64,000 nucleotides of DNA from an uncultured Collinsella sp. (GTDB taxonomy: Bacteria; Actinomycetota; Coriobacteriia; Coriobacteriales; Coriobacteriaceae), in NCBI GenBank assembly GCA_958443615.1, contig CAUCLI010000009.1, positions 366 to 64,365 of the forward strand, given 5' to 3'. The stretch's first letter is position 1. Each line of letters begins with the position of its first letter. Both the position numbers and the translations under genes were made by a program. This document shows, piece by piece, positions 38,835-47,917 of this stretch. Under the pieces are notes generated by a model. It had not been told where the DNA came from. It did not search any database and was given only the letters and a program-made list of their open reading frames with translations.

Positions 38835-38866
38835 ATCCGAGTGAACTTCTAGAGTTTAACGCGGAT
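38835..38866. promoter_or_regulatory. imperfect 32-bp palindrome, candidate Rrf2 operator in the rrf2-sufC divergent region
   Basis: ATCCGAGTGAACTTCTAGAGTTTAACGCGGAT has 12 of 16 positions symmetric about the central CTAG. It lies 91 nt upstream of the sufC ATG. Confidence 0.35.
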
Positions 38867-38956
38867 CGCGCCAAGGCAAAGAACCTTCCCGCCGGGATCC
38901 CGCACCCTGAACGGACGGCGTGCCGCGCAGGTCCGCGCACCTCGAAAGGATTTGAT

Positions 38957-39862
38957 ATGAGCGCAACACCCCTGCTCAACATCGCCGGCCTCACCGCCTC
39001 CGTGGACGAAAAGACCATCCTCCGGGGCATCGACCTCGCCGTCGGCGCAGGCGAGACCCACGTCCTCATGGGACCCAACGGTGCCGGTAAATCCACCATG
39101 GGCCACGGCAGCATGGGCGACCCGGTCTACACTGTGAACGAGGGCACCATCACCTTCGACGGCGCCGACATCACCGACCTCTCCTGCGACAAGCGCTCCC
39201 GCGCCGGCCTCTTCCTCTCCTTCCAGGCCCCCGTCGAGATCCCCGGCGTGCCGTTGTCCAGCTTCCTGCGCGCGACAGTAGCCGGCCGCCCCGGCCTGGA
39301 GATGAAGGGCAAGGAGTTCCGCCGCCGCGTGAAGGAACTCGCCGCCGAGCTCGACATGGACACCGCCTACCTCAATCGCGAGCTGGGCGTGGGCTTCTCC
39401 GGCGGTGAGAAGAAGAAGGTCGAGATGCTGCAGCTGTTGCTGCTAAGCCCTAAGCTCGCCATCCTGGACGAGACCGACTCCGGTCTGGACGTCGACGCCC
39501 TCGGCGTGGTCTCCCGCGGCATGGACGCCTACCGCAAGAGCACCGACGGCTCGCTCGTCATCATCACCCACAACACGCGCATCCTCGAGCATCTCGAGGT
39601 CGACCGCGTCCATGTGATGGTCAACGGCCGCATCGTCCGCGAGGACGACGCCTCGCTCATCCCTTGGATCGACGCAAACGGCTTTGACTCCTTCGAGCGC
39701 GAGGCCGCAGCCCAGCTCGCCGCCGAGCAGGCCGCTCAGCCCGCGCCCGCCGTCGACCCCGTGCGCGCCGCCTCGATGAACCTCGGCGCCGGCATGGTGC
39801 AGTCCCTGCGCGCCACGCTCGATGGCAACGGCGCCGCCTGCGGCTCCGCCGACAAGCAGTAA
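38957..39862 (+). CDS. sufC: Fe-S cluster assembly ATPase SufC
   Basis: ATG 38957 after AAAGGA. Walker A GPNGAGKST, signature FSGGEKKK, Walker B LAILDETDSGLD. About 50 aa of C-terminal extension. Confidence 0.92.
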   Translation: MSATPLLNIAGLTASVDEKTILRGIDLAVGAGETHVLMGPNGAGKSTMGHGSMGDPVYTVNEGTITFDGADITDLSCDKRSRAGLFLSFQAPVEIPGVPLSSFLRATVAGRPGLEMKGKEFRRRVKELAAELDMDTAYLNRELGVGFSGGEKKKVEMLQLLLLSPKLAILDETDSGLDVDALGVVSRGMDAYRKSTDGSLVIITHNTRILEHLEVDRVHVMVNGRIVREDDASLIPWIDANGFDSFEREAAAQLAAEQAAQPAPAVDPVRAASMNLGAGMVQSLRATLDGNGAACGSADKQ

Positions 39863-39872
39863 GGGGCCCGCG

Positions 39873-41285
39873 ATGGCAAAGAACCGCACCGAGGTCGCGG
39901 ACATCGACCGCAGCCTCTACGACTTCTCGTACGGCGAGGAGGGCTTCGAGCGCCTGGACGCCGGCCTCGCGCCCGACATCGTGCGCGAGATCTCCGAGCG
40001 CAAGAACGAGCCCGCCTGGATGCTCGAGCGCCGCCTCAAATCGCTCGAGATCTACCACAACACGCCCAACCCCACCTGGGGTCCGGGCATCGAGGGCCTG
40101 GACATGGATCACATCGTGACCTACGTCAAGCCCAACACCGACCAGAAGAACGACTGGGAGTCCGTCCCCGACGACATCAAGAACACCTTCGAGCGCCTCG
40201 GCATCCCCGAGGCGGAGCGCAGCTACCTCGCGGGCGTGGGCGCGCAGTACGACTCCGAGCTCGTCTACCACAACATGCAGGACACCGCCGCCAAGATGGG
40301 CATCGTCTACTCCGGCATCGAGGAGGCCCTGCAGGTCCCCGAGTGGGAGGCCATCATCCGCGAGAAGTTCATGACGCTCATCCCGCCCACCGACCACAAG
40401 TTCGCCGCGCTCCACGGCGCGGTGTGGTCCGGCGGCTCCTTCGTCTACGTGCCGAAGGGCGTCAAACTCGACTTCCCGCTGCAGAGCTACTTCCGCTTGA
40501 ACGCCAAGGGCGCCGGCCAGTTCGAGCACACGCTCATCGTGGTCGAGGACGACGCGGACCTGCACTTCATCGAGGGTTGCTCCGCACCCAAGTACAACGT
40601 GGCCAACCTGCACGCGGGCGCTGTCGAGCTCTTCGTGGGCAAGCGCGCGCACCTGCGGTACTCGACCATCGAGAACTGGTCGAAGAACATGTACAACCTG
40701 AACACCAAGCGCGCCCGCTGCGAGGAGGAGGGCGAGATCGAGTGGATCTCGGGCTCCTTCGGCAGCCACGTGGGCTACCTCTACCCCATGAGCGTGCTGT
40801 CCGGCCGCAAGAGCCGCTCTAGCTTCACCGGCATCACGTTCGCCGGCACCGGCCAGAACCTCGACACCGGCTGCAAGGTCGTGCTGGGTGCGCCCGACAC
40901 CACCGCCACCGTTGAGACCAAGTCCATCTCCAAGGGCGGCGGCATCTCCACCTTCCGCAGCTCCATCGTGGCAACACCTGCCGCCGAGGGTGCCGCGGCG
41001 AGCGTCTCGTGCCAGTCGCTCATGCTCGACGGCATCAGCCGTTCGGACACCATCCCCGCGATGGACATCCGCGCCAAGAACGTCGACATCGGACATGAGG
41101 CGACCATCGGCCGCATCGGCGACGACAAGATCTTCTACCTCATGAGCCGCGGCATCTCCGAGGAGGAGGCTCGCACCATGATCGTGAACGGCTTTGCGAA
41201 CCCCGTTTCCAAGGAGCTCCCGCTCGAATACGCCGTCGAGATGAACAACCTGATCAAGCTCGAGATGGAAGGGGCGATCGGATAA
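39873..41285 (+). CDS. sufB: Fe-S cluster assembly protein SufB
   Basis: 470 aa. Conserved SufB blocks HGAVWSGGSFVYVPKGV, EGCSAP.Y and ENWSKNMYNLNTKRA. Confidence 0.93.
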   Translation: MAKNRTEVADIDRSLYDFSYGEEGFERLDAGLAPDIVREISERKNEPAWMLERRLKSLEIYHNTPNPTWGPGIEGLDMDHIVTYVKPNTDQKNDWESVPDDIKNTFERLGIPEAERSYLAGVGAQYDSELVYHNMQDTAAKMGIVYSGIEEALQVPEWEAIIREKFMTLIPPTDHKFAALHGAVWSGGSFVYVPKGVKLDFPLQSYFRLNAKGAGQFEHTLIVVEDDADLHFIEGCSAPKYNVANLHAGAVELFVGKRAHLRYSTIENWSKNMYNLNTKRARCEEEGEIEWISGSFGSHVGYLYPMSVLSGRKSRSSFTGITFAGTGQNLDTGCKVVLGAPDTTATVETKSISKGGGISTFRSSIVATPAAEGAAASVSCQSLMLDGISRSDTIPAMDIRAKNVDIGHEATIGRIGDDKIFYLMSRGISEEEARTMIVNGFANPVSKELPLEYAVEMNNLIKLEMEGAIG

Positions 41286-42547
41286 TGAAGATGCCAGGTA
41301 TGACCATCCGCCATGCGTCCGCCATGCCCGCCCCCACCTGGAGCTGGCTCAAGATGAACGACGTCACGATTCAGATCCCCGACGACCTCGAACGCAACTG
41401 CCAGGTCGAGATCGAGGCGGGCGACACGCTCGACAACACCACGAGCTTCGAAGGCTCCGTCGCCGGGCTCCAGGCGCGCATCGACGCCGAGCGCGCGGGC
41501 GAGCCCGCCGATGAGCGCGCCATGATCGCCGCCGCCACCGGCGCCGACCGCGGGGCCGAAAAGCTCGACATCCCCGCGCTCTCCACCTATGAGCATCGCG
41601 CCGTGCGCTCCGAGGTCTCCGGCGACATCGCGAACGACTTCGAGACCGGTGTGGGCGCCGACATGCGCGCCTACCTCAACTTCCTCGCGGGCGGCACCGC
41701 CGTGCTCGCCACCGAGGGGGGCGAGGAAGCCGAGGCAACGATCCGCGTCACCACGCGCGAGGGCGAGGCGTCGGGTGCCAGCATCGACGTCGTCGCGGCG
41801 CCCGACTCCACCTTCTCCATCGCGTTCTCCCTCGACAGTGCCGCCGACGCCCCCGCGTTCATGGGCTCCACCATGCGCGTGTTCGCCGGCGCCGGCGCAC
41901 GCGTCGACATCACGGTGTACCTCACCGCGAGCGATGCCGTCACCTGCGTGGAGGACTCCGGCTTCGTGCTCGATAAGGACGCTCGCGTGAGCGTGCGCCA
42001 CGTGGTCCTGGGCGGTGCCTTCACCGCCACCGGCCTCGCGGCCGACCTGCGTGGGGACCGTTCCCGCATCGACGTCGACACGAGCTACCTCGCCGCCGGC
42101 TCCCAGCAGCGCGACTTCAACTACATCATCCGCCACCGCGGGCGCAAGACCATCTCCAACATGGATGCCAACGGCGTGCTCACGGGCACGTCCAAGAAGT
42201 GCCTGCGCGGCACCATCGACCTCATCCACGGGGCCAAGGGCGCCGAGGGCAACGAGCGCGAGACCGTGCTTTTGGCGAGCAAGGGCGTGGACAACAAGAC
42301 CGTCCCGAACATCCTGTGCGACGAGGACGACGTCGCGGGCAACCACGGCGCGACCATCGGCCACGTGCGTCCCGAGCAGCTCTTCTACGCGGCCTGCCGC
42401 GGCCTGTCCCAAGAGCAGACCGAGGCCCTGTTCCTCTCCGCGAAGCTCGAGGACGCCGCGCTGCGCTCGCCCAACGACGCCGTGCGCGCCAACGTCGTGC
42501 GCCTCGGCAACCAGATCATCCCGCATTTCGAGGAGGAGATCGCGTGA
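41285..42547 (+). CDS. sufD: Fe-S cluster assembly protein SufD
   Basis: 420 aa. SufBD-fold C-terminal region (VLTGTSKKCLRGTIDLIHGAKGAEGNE...ILCDEDDVAGNHGATIG). The start overlaps the sufB stop (TAATG). Confidence 0.85.
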   Translation: MKMPGMTIRHASAMPAPTWSWLKMNDVTIQIPDDLERNCQVEIEAGDTLDNTTSFEGSVAGLQARIDAERAGEPADERAMIAAATGADRGAEKLDIPALSTYEHRAVRSEVSGDIANDFETGVGADMRAYLNFLAGGTAVLATEGGEEAEATIRVTTREGEASGASIDVVAAPDSTFSIAFSLDSAADAPAFMGSTMRVFAGAGARVDITVYLTASDAVTCVEDSGFVLDKDARVSVRHVVLGGAFTATGLAADLRGDRSRIDVDTSYLAAGSQQRDFNYIIRHRGRKTISNMDANGVLTGTSKKCLRGTIDLIHGAKGAEGNERETVLLASKGVDNKTVPNILCDEDDVAGNHGATIGHVRPEQLFYAACRGLSQEQTEALFLSAKLEDAALRSPNDAVRANVVRLGNQIIPHFEEEIA

Positions 42548-43887
42548 TCGACACCGAGAACGTGACGTGCGACACCTGCACGGCTCCGTCTGAATTCGTC
42601 TTCGACGCGTCCGACGAGATCAGCCGCGGCTGGCCGCGTGTCGATATCGAGCTCAACCCCTTCAAGGGCGACTTCCCGCTGCTCGCCCAGCACCCCGAGC
42701 TCGCCTTCCTGGACAGCGGCGCCACCGCGCAGCGCCCCGCCTGCGTGCTCGAGGCGCAGAAGAGCTTCTACGAGACGATGAACGCCAACCCGCTGCGCGG
42801 CCTGTACTCGCTCTCCGTCGAGGCGACCGAGGCCATCGCGAAGGTCCGCGCCCAGATCGCCGAGCTCATCGGCGCCGTGGACGGGCGCGGTCGCGCCCGC
42901 GCCAACGAGGTCGTCTTCTGCCGCAACACGAGCGAGGCGCTGAACATCGTGGCCAAGGGCTTCGCCCCGCATGTGCTCGGGCCCGGCGACGAGGTGGTCA
43001 TCTCCATCATGGAGCACCATTCCAACCTCATCCCCTGGCAGCAGGTCTGCCGTGAGACCGGCGCGAAGCTCGTCTACCTCTACCCAACCCCCACCGGCCA
43101 GATCACCGACGACGAGATCGCCGCCAAGATCGGCCCCGCGACCAAGATCGTCTCCTGCGGGCACGTGTCCAACGTGCTCGGCGTGGAGAACCCCATCGCC
43201 AAGCTCGCCGCGGCCGCGCACGCCAACGGCGCCTACATGGTGGTCGACGCCGCGCAGTCCATCCCGCACATGGCCCTCGACGTGCAGGAGCTCGGTGCCG
43301 ATTTCCTGGCCTTCTCCGCTCACAAGGCGCTCGGCCCCATGGGCGTCGGCGTGCTGTGGGGTCGCATGGACCTGCTCGACCGCACCGACCCGGTCTACAC
43401 CGGCGGCGAGATGATCGACTCCGTCACCGAGCAGGGAGCCACCTGGGCCCCCGTGCCCGAGAAGTTCGAGGCCGGCACGCAGGACGCCGCGGGCATCTAC
43501 GCCACGGGCGTCGCGCTGGACTACCTCGTGAACAAAATCGGCTACGAGACGGTCGCCGAGCGCGAGCGCGCACTCGTCCACTACGCCATGAGCCGTATGG
43601 TCGAGCTTCCCTTCGTCGACATCGTCGGGTCCATCTACTGGGACCAGCACCACGGCGCCATCAGCTTCAACGTGCGCGGCATCCACCCGCACGACGTCGC
43701 CAGCATCATGGACATGGACGGCGTGTGCATCCGCGCAGGCCACCATTGCGCCCAGCCGCTGCTCACCTGGCTTCAGGTCGAGAACCTCGCCTGCTGCCGC
43801 GCCAGCATCGCCTTCTACAACGACAAGTACGATATCGACCGCTTCATCGACTCCCTGAACCATGTCTGGAACGTCTTCCACAGCTAG
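42544..43887 (+). CDS. sufS: cysteine desulfurase SufS (class V aminotransferase)
   Basis: The GTG at 42544 overlaps the sufD stop (GTGA). FLDSGATAQRP, HHSNLIPWQ, PLP-lysine block FSAHKALGPMG, and active-site region RAGHHCAQP. Confidence 0.92.
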   Translation: MIDTENVTCDTCTAPSEFVFDASDEISRGWPRVDIELNPFKGDFPLLAQHPELAFLDSGATAQRPACVLEAQKSFYETMNANPLRGLYSLSVEATEAIAKVRAQIAELIGAVDGRGRARANEVVFCRNTSEALNIVAKGFAPHVLGPGDEVVISIMEHHSNLIPWQQVCRETGAKLVYLYPTPTGQITDDEIAAKIGPATKIVSCGHVSNVLGVENPIAKLAAAAHANGAYMVVDAAQSIPHMALDVQELGADFLAFSAHKALGPMGVGVLWGRMDLLDRTDPVYTGGEMIDSVTEQGATWAPVPEKFEAGTQDAAGIYATGVALDYLVNKIGYETVAERERALVHYAMSRMVELPFVDIVGSIYWDQHHGAISFNVRGIHPHDVASIMDMDGVCIRAGHHCAQPLLTWLQVENLACCRASIAFYNDKYDIDRFIDSLNHVWNVFHS

Positions 43888-43897
43888 TCGCACGCGC

Positions 43898-43930
43898 ACC
43901 TCAATTTAGGGACAGTCCCTAAATTGAGGT
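43898..43930. repeat. 33-bp perfect palindrome, copy 1 of a REP-like family
   Basis: ACCTCAATTTAGGGAC A GTCCCTAAATTGAGGT, located 11 nt after the sufS stop. Confidence 0.9.
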
Positions 43931-43955
43931 TTTCAGTACACGAAAGGACCCGAAC

Positions 43956-44378
43956 ATGGGCAACCTCTACGGCTCCGCCTCCTTCATGGAGCACAACTCG
44001 CATCCCGACTACAAGTATGAGATGGATGCGCCCACCCACACGCACGACGGCATCAACCCCAGCTGCGGCGACGAGCTCACGCTCTCGCTGCGCGTGCGTG
44101 ACGGCGTGATCGAGGAGGCCGCGTTCACCGGTCACGGCTGCGCCATCTCCCAGGCATCGGCCGACATCATGGCCGAACTCATCACCGACGAGACGGTCGA
44201 GGAGGCCAAGCGCCTCTCAGGGCTCTTCCTCGCCATGATCCGCGGCGAGGAACTCTCCGAGGAGGACTACGAAGACCTCGACGAGGCGGCCCAGCTCAAG
44301 GACATCTCGCACATGCCGGCGCGCGTTAAGTGCGCCGAGCTCGCCTGGCGCACCCTCGACGGCATGCTCGACGCCTAG
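43956..44378 (+). CDS. sufU: SufU/IscU-like Fe-S scaffold / sulfur acceptor
   Basis: 140 aa. NPSCGDELTL, GHGCAISQASA and PARVKCAELAW supply the three conserved Cys. Confidence 0.88.
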   Translation: MGNLYGSASFMEHNSHPDYKYEMDAPTHTHDGINPSCGDELTLSLRVRDGVIEEAAFTGHGCAISQASADIMAELITDETVEEAKRLSGLFLAMIRGEELSEEDYEDLDEAAQLKDISHMPARVKCAELAWRTLDGMLDA

Positions 44379-44386
44379 AGCCCCTC

Positions 44387-44425
44387 GCCACCTCAATTTG
44401 GGGACTGTCCCTAAATTGAGGTGGC
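44387..44425. repeat. 39-bp palindrome, copy 2 of the REP-like family
   Basis: GCCACCTCAATTTGGGGAC T GTCCCTAAATTGAGGTGGC. The 19-nt arms have one mismatch, which would be a G-U pair in RNA. Located 9 nt after the sufU stop. Confidence 0.9.
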
Positions 44426-44480
44426 ACAAGGCGGCCGGTCTCGATGCGCACGTCCCCACTCGAGACCTCGTTGAACCAAG

Positions 44481-45140
44481 GTGGAGATGATCCAGCAGAT
44501 TACGACATATTTCTCCGAACACGGTGCCGAATGGGCCCAGATGGTCATCGACCATCTCGCCATCAGCGGCATGGCACTCGCCGCGGCACTCGCCATCGCG
44601 GTCCCATTCGGCATCCTGTGTTCCCGGCACGCATGGAGCGAACGACTCGCCACTGGAGCAGCTGGCGTCCTTCGCGTGATCCCCAGCCTGGCGATTCTCA
44701 TCATCTACGTACCGTACCTGGGCGTGGGCACCGTGCCCGCAGTCGTGGCGCTCACCATCCTCGCCATCCCGCCCATCCTCATCAACACGGCAGTCGCGTT
44801 GAGAAGCGTCCCCGCCGACGTTATCGAGGCGGGCACCGCGATGGGCATGAGCCCGGCTCGGCTCTGGCTCACCGTCAAGGCGCCGCTCGCCTTCCCGCTT
44901 GCCTTCTCCGGCGTCCGCACCGCCGCCTCCGAAATCATCGCATCCGCAACACTCGCGGCGTATATCGGAGCGGGCGGCCTGGGTATCCTCATCTATACCG
45001 GGCTCGGAGCGCTCCGCAACGATCTGCTCTGGATCGGCGGCATCTCCGTCGCCGTGCTCTCGTTGATCGTCAATCGCGTGCTCGCCATGGTCGATCGACG
45101 CATCCGCGCATATGAGCGCGCCGGCTCGACTGCCCGCTGA
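44481..45140 (+). CDS. ABC transporter permease (glycine betaine/choline OpuCB/ProW-like)
   Basis: 219 aa with five or six TM segments and the EAA-type loop IEAGTAMGMSPARLWLTVKAPLA. Confidence 0.8.
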   Translation: MEMIQQITTYFSEHGAEWAQMVIDHLAISGMALAAALAIAVPFGILCSRHAWSERLATGAAGVLRVIPSLAILIIYVPYLGVGTVPAVVALTILAIPPILINTAVALRSVPADVIEAGTAMGMSPARLWLTVKAPLAFPLAFSGVRTAASEIIASATLAAYIGAGGLGILIYTGLGALRNDLLWIGGISVAVLSLIVNRVLAMVDRRIRAYERAGSTAR

Positions 45141-45168
45141 TGGCACCTTCCCTTCCGAAAGGACACTT

Positions 45169-46080
45169 ATGAACACCACGATCACCCGTCGCAGCGCCCT
45201 GGCCATATGTGGCACCGCAGCGCTCTCATTCCTGAGCGCCTCATCCCTCTCCGGTTGTGGAAACTCCAAAGGTAGTGAGAACACCATCACCGTCGGCTCG
45301 AAGGCCTTCACCGAGGGCGTCATCCTCTCCGAGCTCTACGCCCTCGCCCTGGAGGACGCGGGGTTTAACGTCAAGCGCTCGTTTGAGATCTCAGGCTCGC
45401 TCATCCACACCGCACTCGAGAACGGCGACATCGACCTGTACCCCGAATACACGGGCACCGGCCTCATCTCCGTCCTCAAGATGGAACCCCTGACAGACCC
45501 CGAAGAGGTCTACGAGACCGTCAAGGATGCCTACGACGAGCAGTTCGACCTGATCTGGCTGAACAAATCCGAGGCAGCGGATGGCCAGGGCCTTGTCATC
45601 CGCACCGAGGCAGCCGAGAAATACGGCGTCCAGACCATCTCCGACCTGCAAAAGCATGCCGCGGAGCTGCGCTTCGCCAGCCAGGGCCAATTCGATGAGC
45701 GCGCCGACGGCCTCCCCGCCCTCGAGGCCACCTACGGCCCCTTTGACTGGAAGAGCTCCGCGATCTACGACGAGGGTCTGAAATATGAGGTCCTCCGCAA
45801 CGACGAGGCGGACGTGACGCCCGCCTACACCACCGAGGCGCAGCTCACCGACGATGCCTTCACCCTGCTCGAGGACGACAAGCGCGTGTGGCCGCCCTAC
45901 AACGTTGCCCCCGTCGTGCGCGCCGAGGTCCTCGAGGCCAACCCCGGCATCGCCGAGGCACTCGACCGCGTGAACGCCGCACTCACAACCGAGGAGCTCA
46001 CGCGCCTGAACGCCCGCGTCGATATCGACAAAGAAGAGTACGAGGACGTCGCAAAGGACTACTACGACTCCATTTCATAG
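45169..46080 (+). CDS. compatible-solute (glycine betaine/choline type) substrate-binding lipoprotein
   Basis: ATG 45169 after GAAAGGA. Lipobox LSGCGN. ITVGSKAFTEGVILSELYALALEDAGF and DLYPEYTGT are typical of OpuCC/OpuBC. Confidence 0.8.
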   Translation: MNTTITRRSALAICGTAALSFLSASSLSGCGNSKGSENTITVGSKAFTEGVILSELYALALEDAGFNVKRSFEISGSLIHTALENGDIDLYPEYTGTGLISVLKMEPLTDPEEVYETVKDAYDEQFDLIWLNKSEAADGQGLVIRTEAAEKYGVQTISDLQKHAAELRFASQGQFDERADGLPALEATYGPFDWKSSAIYDEGLKYEVLRNDEADVTPAYTTEAQLTDDAFTLLEDDKRVWPPYNVAPVVRAEVLEANPGIAEALDRVNAALTTEELTRLNARVDIDKEEYEDVAKDYYDSIS

Positions 46081-46095
46081 CAATCGCGGCACTTC

Positions 46096-46228
46096 GATGA
46101 GGTTTTTCGTACTGATTCCAGCAGGTTCGAAGCACATTCCCATGTCGGCGCTTCCCCAACTGGGGTTTTGTCAGGGCTCGGCGCGCCTCTACTTCGCAAA
46201 ACCCAACACGAGTACGAAAAACCTCATC
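46096..46228. repeat. 133-bp element bounded by perfect 18-bp inverted repeats (MITE-like or long-range RNA stem)
   Basis: GATGAGGTTTTTCGTACT at 46096-46113 and its exact reverse complement AGTACGAAAAACCTCATC at 46211-46228. It lies in the 202-bp gap between the SBP and ATPase genes. Confidence 0.75.
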
Positions 46229-46282
46229 CAACATCAGCTCCCGACATGACAAGGCAACGTTACGAGCGGAGAAGGACGGCTC

Positions 46283-47044
46283 ATGACCCCGGCAGTTGAA
46301 TTCAGAGATGTCACCAAGCGCTTCCCGGGCGCGGCGGCGCCGGCGCTCGACCGTGTCTCGCTGACGATCGAACCCGGCGAGCTCGTGTGCGTGCTCGGCA
46401 CCTCGGGCGGGGGCAAGACCACGTTCATCAAGCTCATCAACCGCCTGCACGATCCCGACACGGGAACCGTGCTGGTGAACGGCCAGGATGTGTCGCAGGT
46501 CGACCCTGTCGAGCTGCGCCGGGGCATCGGCTACGTCATCCAGCAGACGGGCCTGTTCCCGCACATGACCGTCGCCGACAACATCGCCTGCGTGCCCAAG
46601 ATCCTCAAATGGGACCGTGAGCGCATCGACGCGCGTGTGGATGAGCTGCTCGAGCTCGTCCATCTCGACCCCTCCGATTTCCGCGACCGCTACCCCGCCC
46701 AGCTCTCCGGTGGCCAGCAGCAGCGCGTCGGTCTCGTGCGGGCGCTCGCAGCCTCCCCCGACATCATGTTGCTCGACGAGCCCTTCGGCGCCATCGACGC
46801 CATCACCCGCGCCAAACTGCAAGACGAGCTGCTGCGCATCCACCGCGGCAGCGGCAAGACCTTCGTCTTCGTGACGCATGACGTCACCGAGGCGCTTAAA
46901 CTCGGAACGAAGGTCCTGGTGGTCGATGCCGGCCAAGTCCAGCAATATGCGACGCCGGAAGAACTGCTCGCCGATCCCGCGACGCCGTTCGTCCGCGAAC
47001 TGCTCGCAACGCAGGGATACACCGCCGACGGCAGGGGGATGTGA
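46283..47044 (+). CDS. ABC transporter ATP-binding protein (OpuCA-like, no CBS domains)
   Basis: Walker A GTSGGGKTT, signature LSGGQQQRV, Walker B IMLLDEPFGAID. Confidence 0.88.
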   Translation: MTPAVEFRDVTKRFPGAAAPALDRVSLTIEPGELVCVLGTSGGGKTTFIKLINRLHDPDTGTVLVNGQDVSQVDPVELRRGIGYVIQQTGLFPHMTVADNIACVPKILKWDRERIDARVDELLELVHLDPSDFRDRYPAQLSGGQQQRVGLVRALAASPDIMLLDEPFGAIDAITRAKLQDELLRIHRGSGKTFVFVTHDVTEALKLGTKVLVVDAGQVQQYATPEELLADPATPFVRELLATQGYTADGRGM

Positions 47045-47670
47045 TGGGCCTGTTGTCATACATGGCCACGCACGCCGACGACCTGTTCGAGGCAACAGCC
47101 GAGCACCTCATGCTGCTGGGCGCGACCATGCTCATCTCCTGTGCCATCGCCGCGCCCATCACCATTGCCTGCCTCCGGCGTCGAACGCTCGGCGATGCCG
47201 TGGTGGAGCTCCTCGGCGCAGCTTACGCCATTCCCAGTCTCGCACTGTTCGCCCTGCTCATCCCTCTGACCGGCCTGGGCTTCACCAGCGCCGTCATCGT
47301 CATGGTCGCATACAACCAATTCATGCTCGTTCGCAACGCCCTCGAGGGACTTCGCGGTGTTGACCCGGCGCTCATCGAAGCCGCGCGCGGCATGGGCCTG
47401 AGCGATTCGCAAGTGCTGCTCAAGGTGCAGCTGCCCCTCGCCCTGCCCGCCATCATCGCCGGCATGCGCTTGGCCTGCATCTCCACCGTCGGAATCGCCA
47501 CCATCGCGGCAACCATCAACGCCGGCGGACTCGGCATGATCCTCCTAAGCGGCTTGCGGAGCATGAACATCGATAAGATCCTCGCCGGCACGATTTGCTG
47601 CGCGGCCCTCGCACTCGCTCTCGATGGATCCCTCAGGCTTATCGAGGCGCGGATTCGCACGACTCGATAG
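47041..47670 (+). CDS. ABC transporter permease (OpuCD/ProW-like)
   Basis: 209 aa with the EAA loop IEAARGMGLSDSQVLLKVQLPLA. Overlaps the ATPase stop by 4 nt. Confidence 0.82.
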   Translation: MMGLLSYMATHADDLFEATAEHLMLLGATMLISCAIAAPITIACLRRRTLGDAVVELLGAAYAIPSLALFALLIPLTGLGFTSAVIVMVAYNQFMLVRNALEGLRGVDPALIEAARGMGLSDSQVLLKVQLPLALPAIIAGMRLACISTVGIATIAATINAGGLGMILLSGLRSMNIDKILAGTICCAALALALDGSLRLIEARIRTTR

Positions 47671-47917
47671 CCCCGCTTCGTATGAATCCGCTCGCCGCCA
47701 CCCTCTCATGGAACACTCTCCCAGATAGAAGGCGGTTGACGCGGTATTGACAACTGACGCTTAGCCTTATGTCTCAATTTGTACCTGTCCCCAATTGACG
47801 CGCCGCGCGCGTAGCCTTCTTGTGCATCGCCTCGCGGCGGACGCGGCGCGGCGGCTGGCGGGTACACTGTGTACACGGCCGCGACGACGCGGTCACGATG
47901 CACCACGGAGGCAAGGC

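Noticed and set aside
39657-43899. Long minus-strand ORFs (39657..41096, 41135..42526, 42385..43899) across sufB, sufD and sufS
   Set aside because: They are antisense to strongly conserved suf genes and translate to G/A/V/D/H low-complexity sequence.
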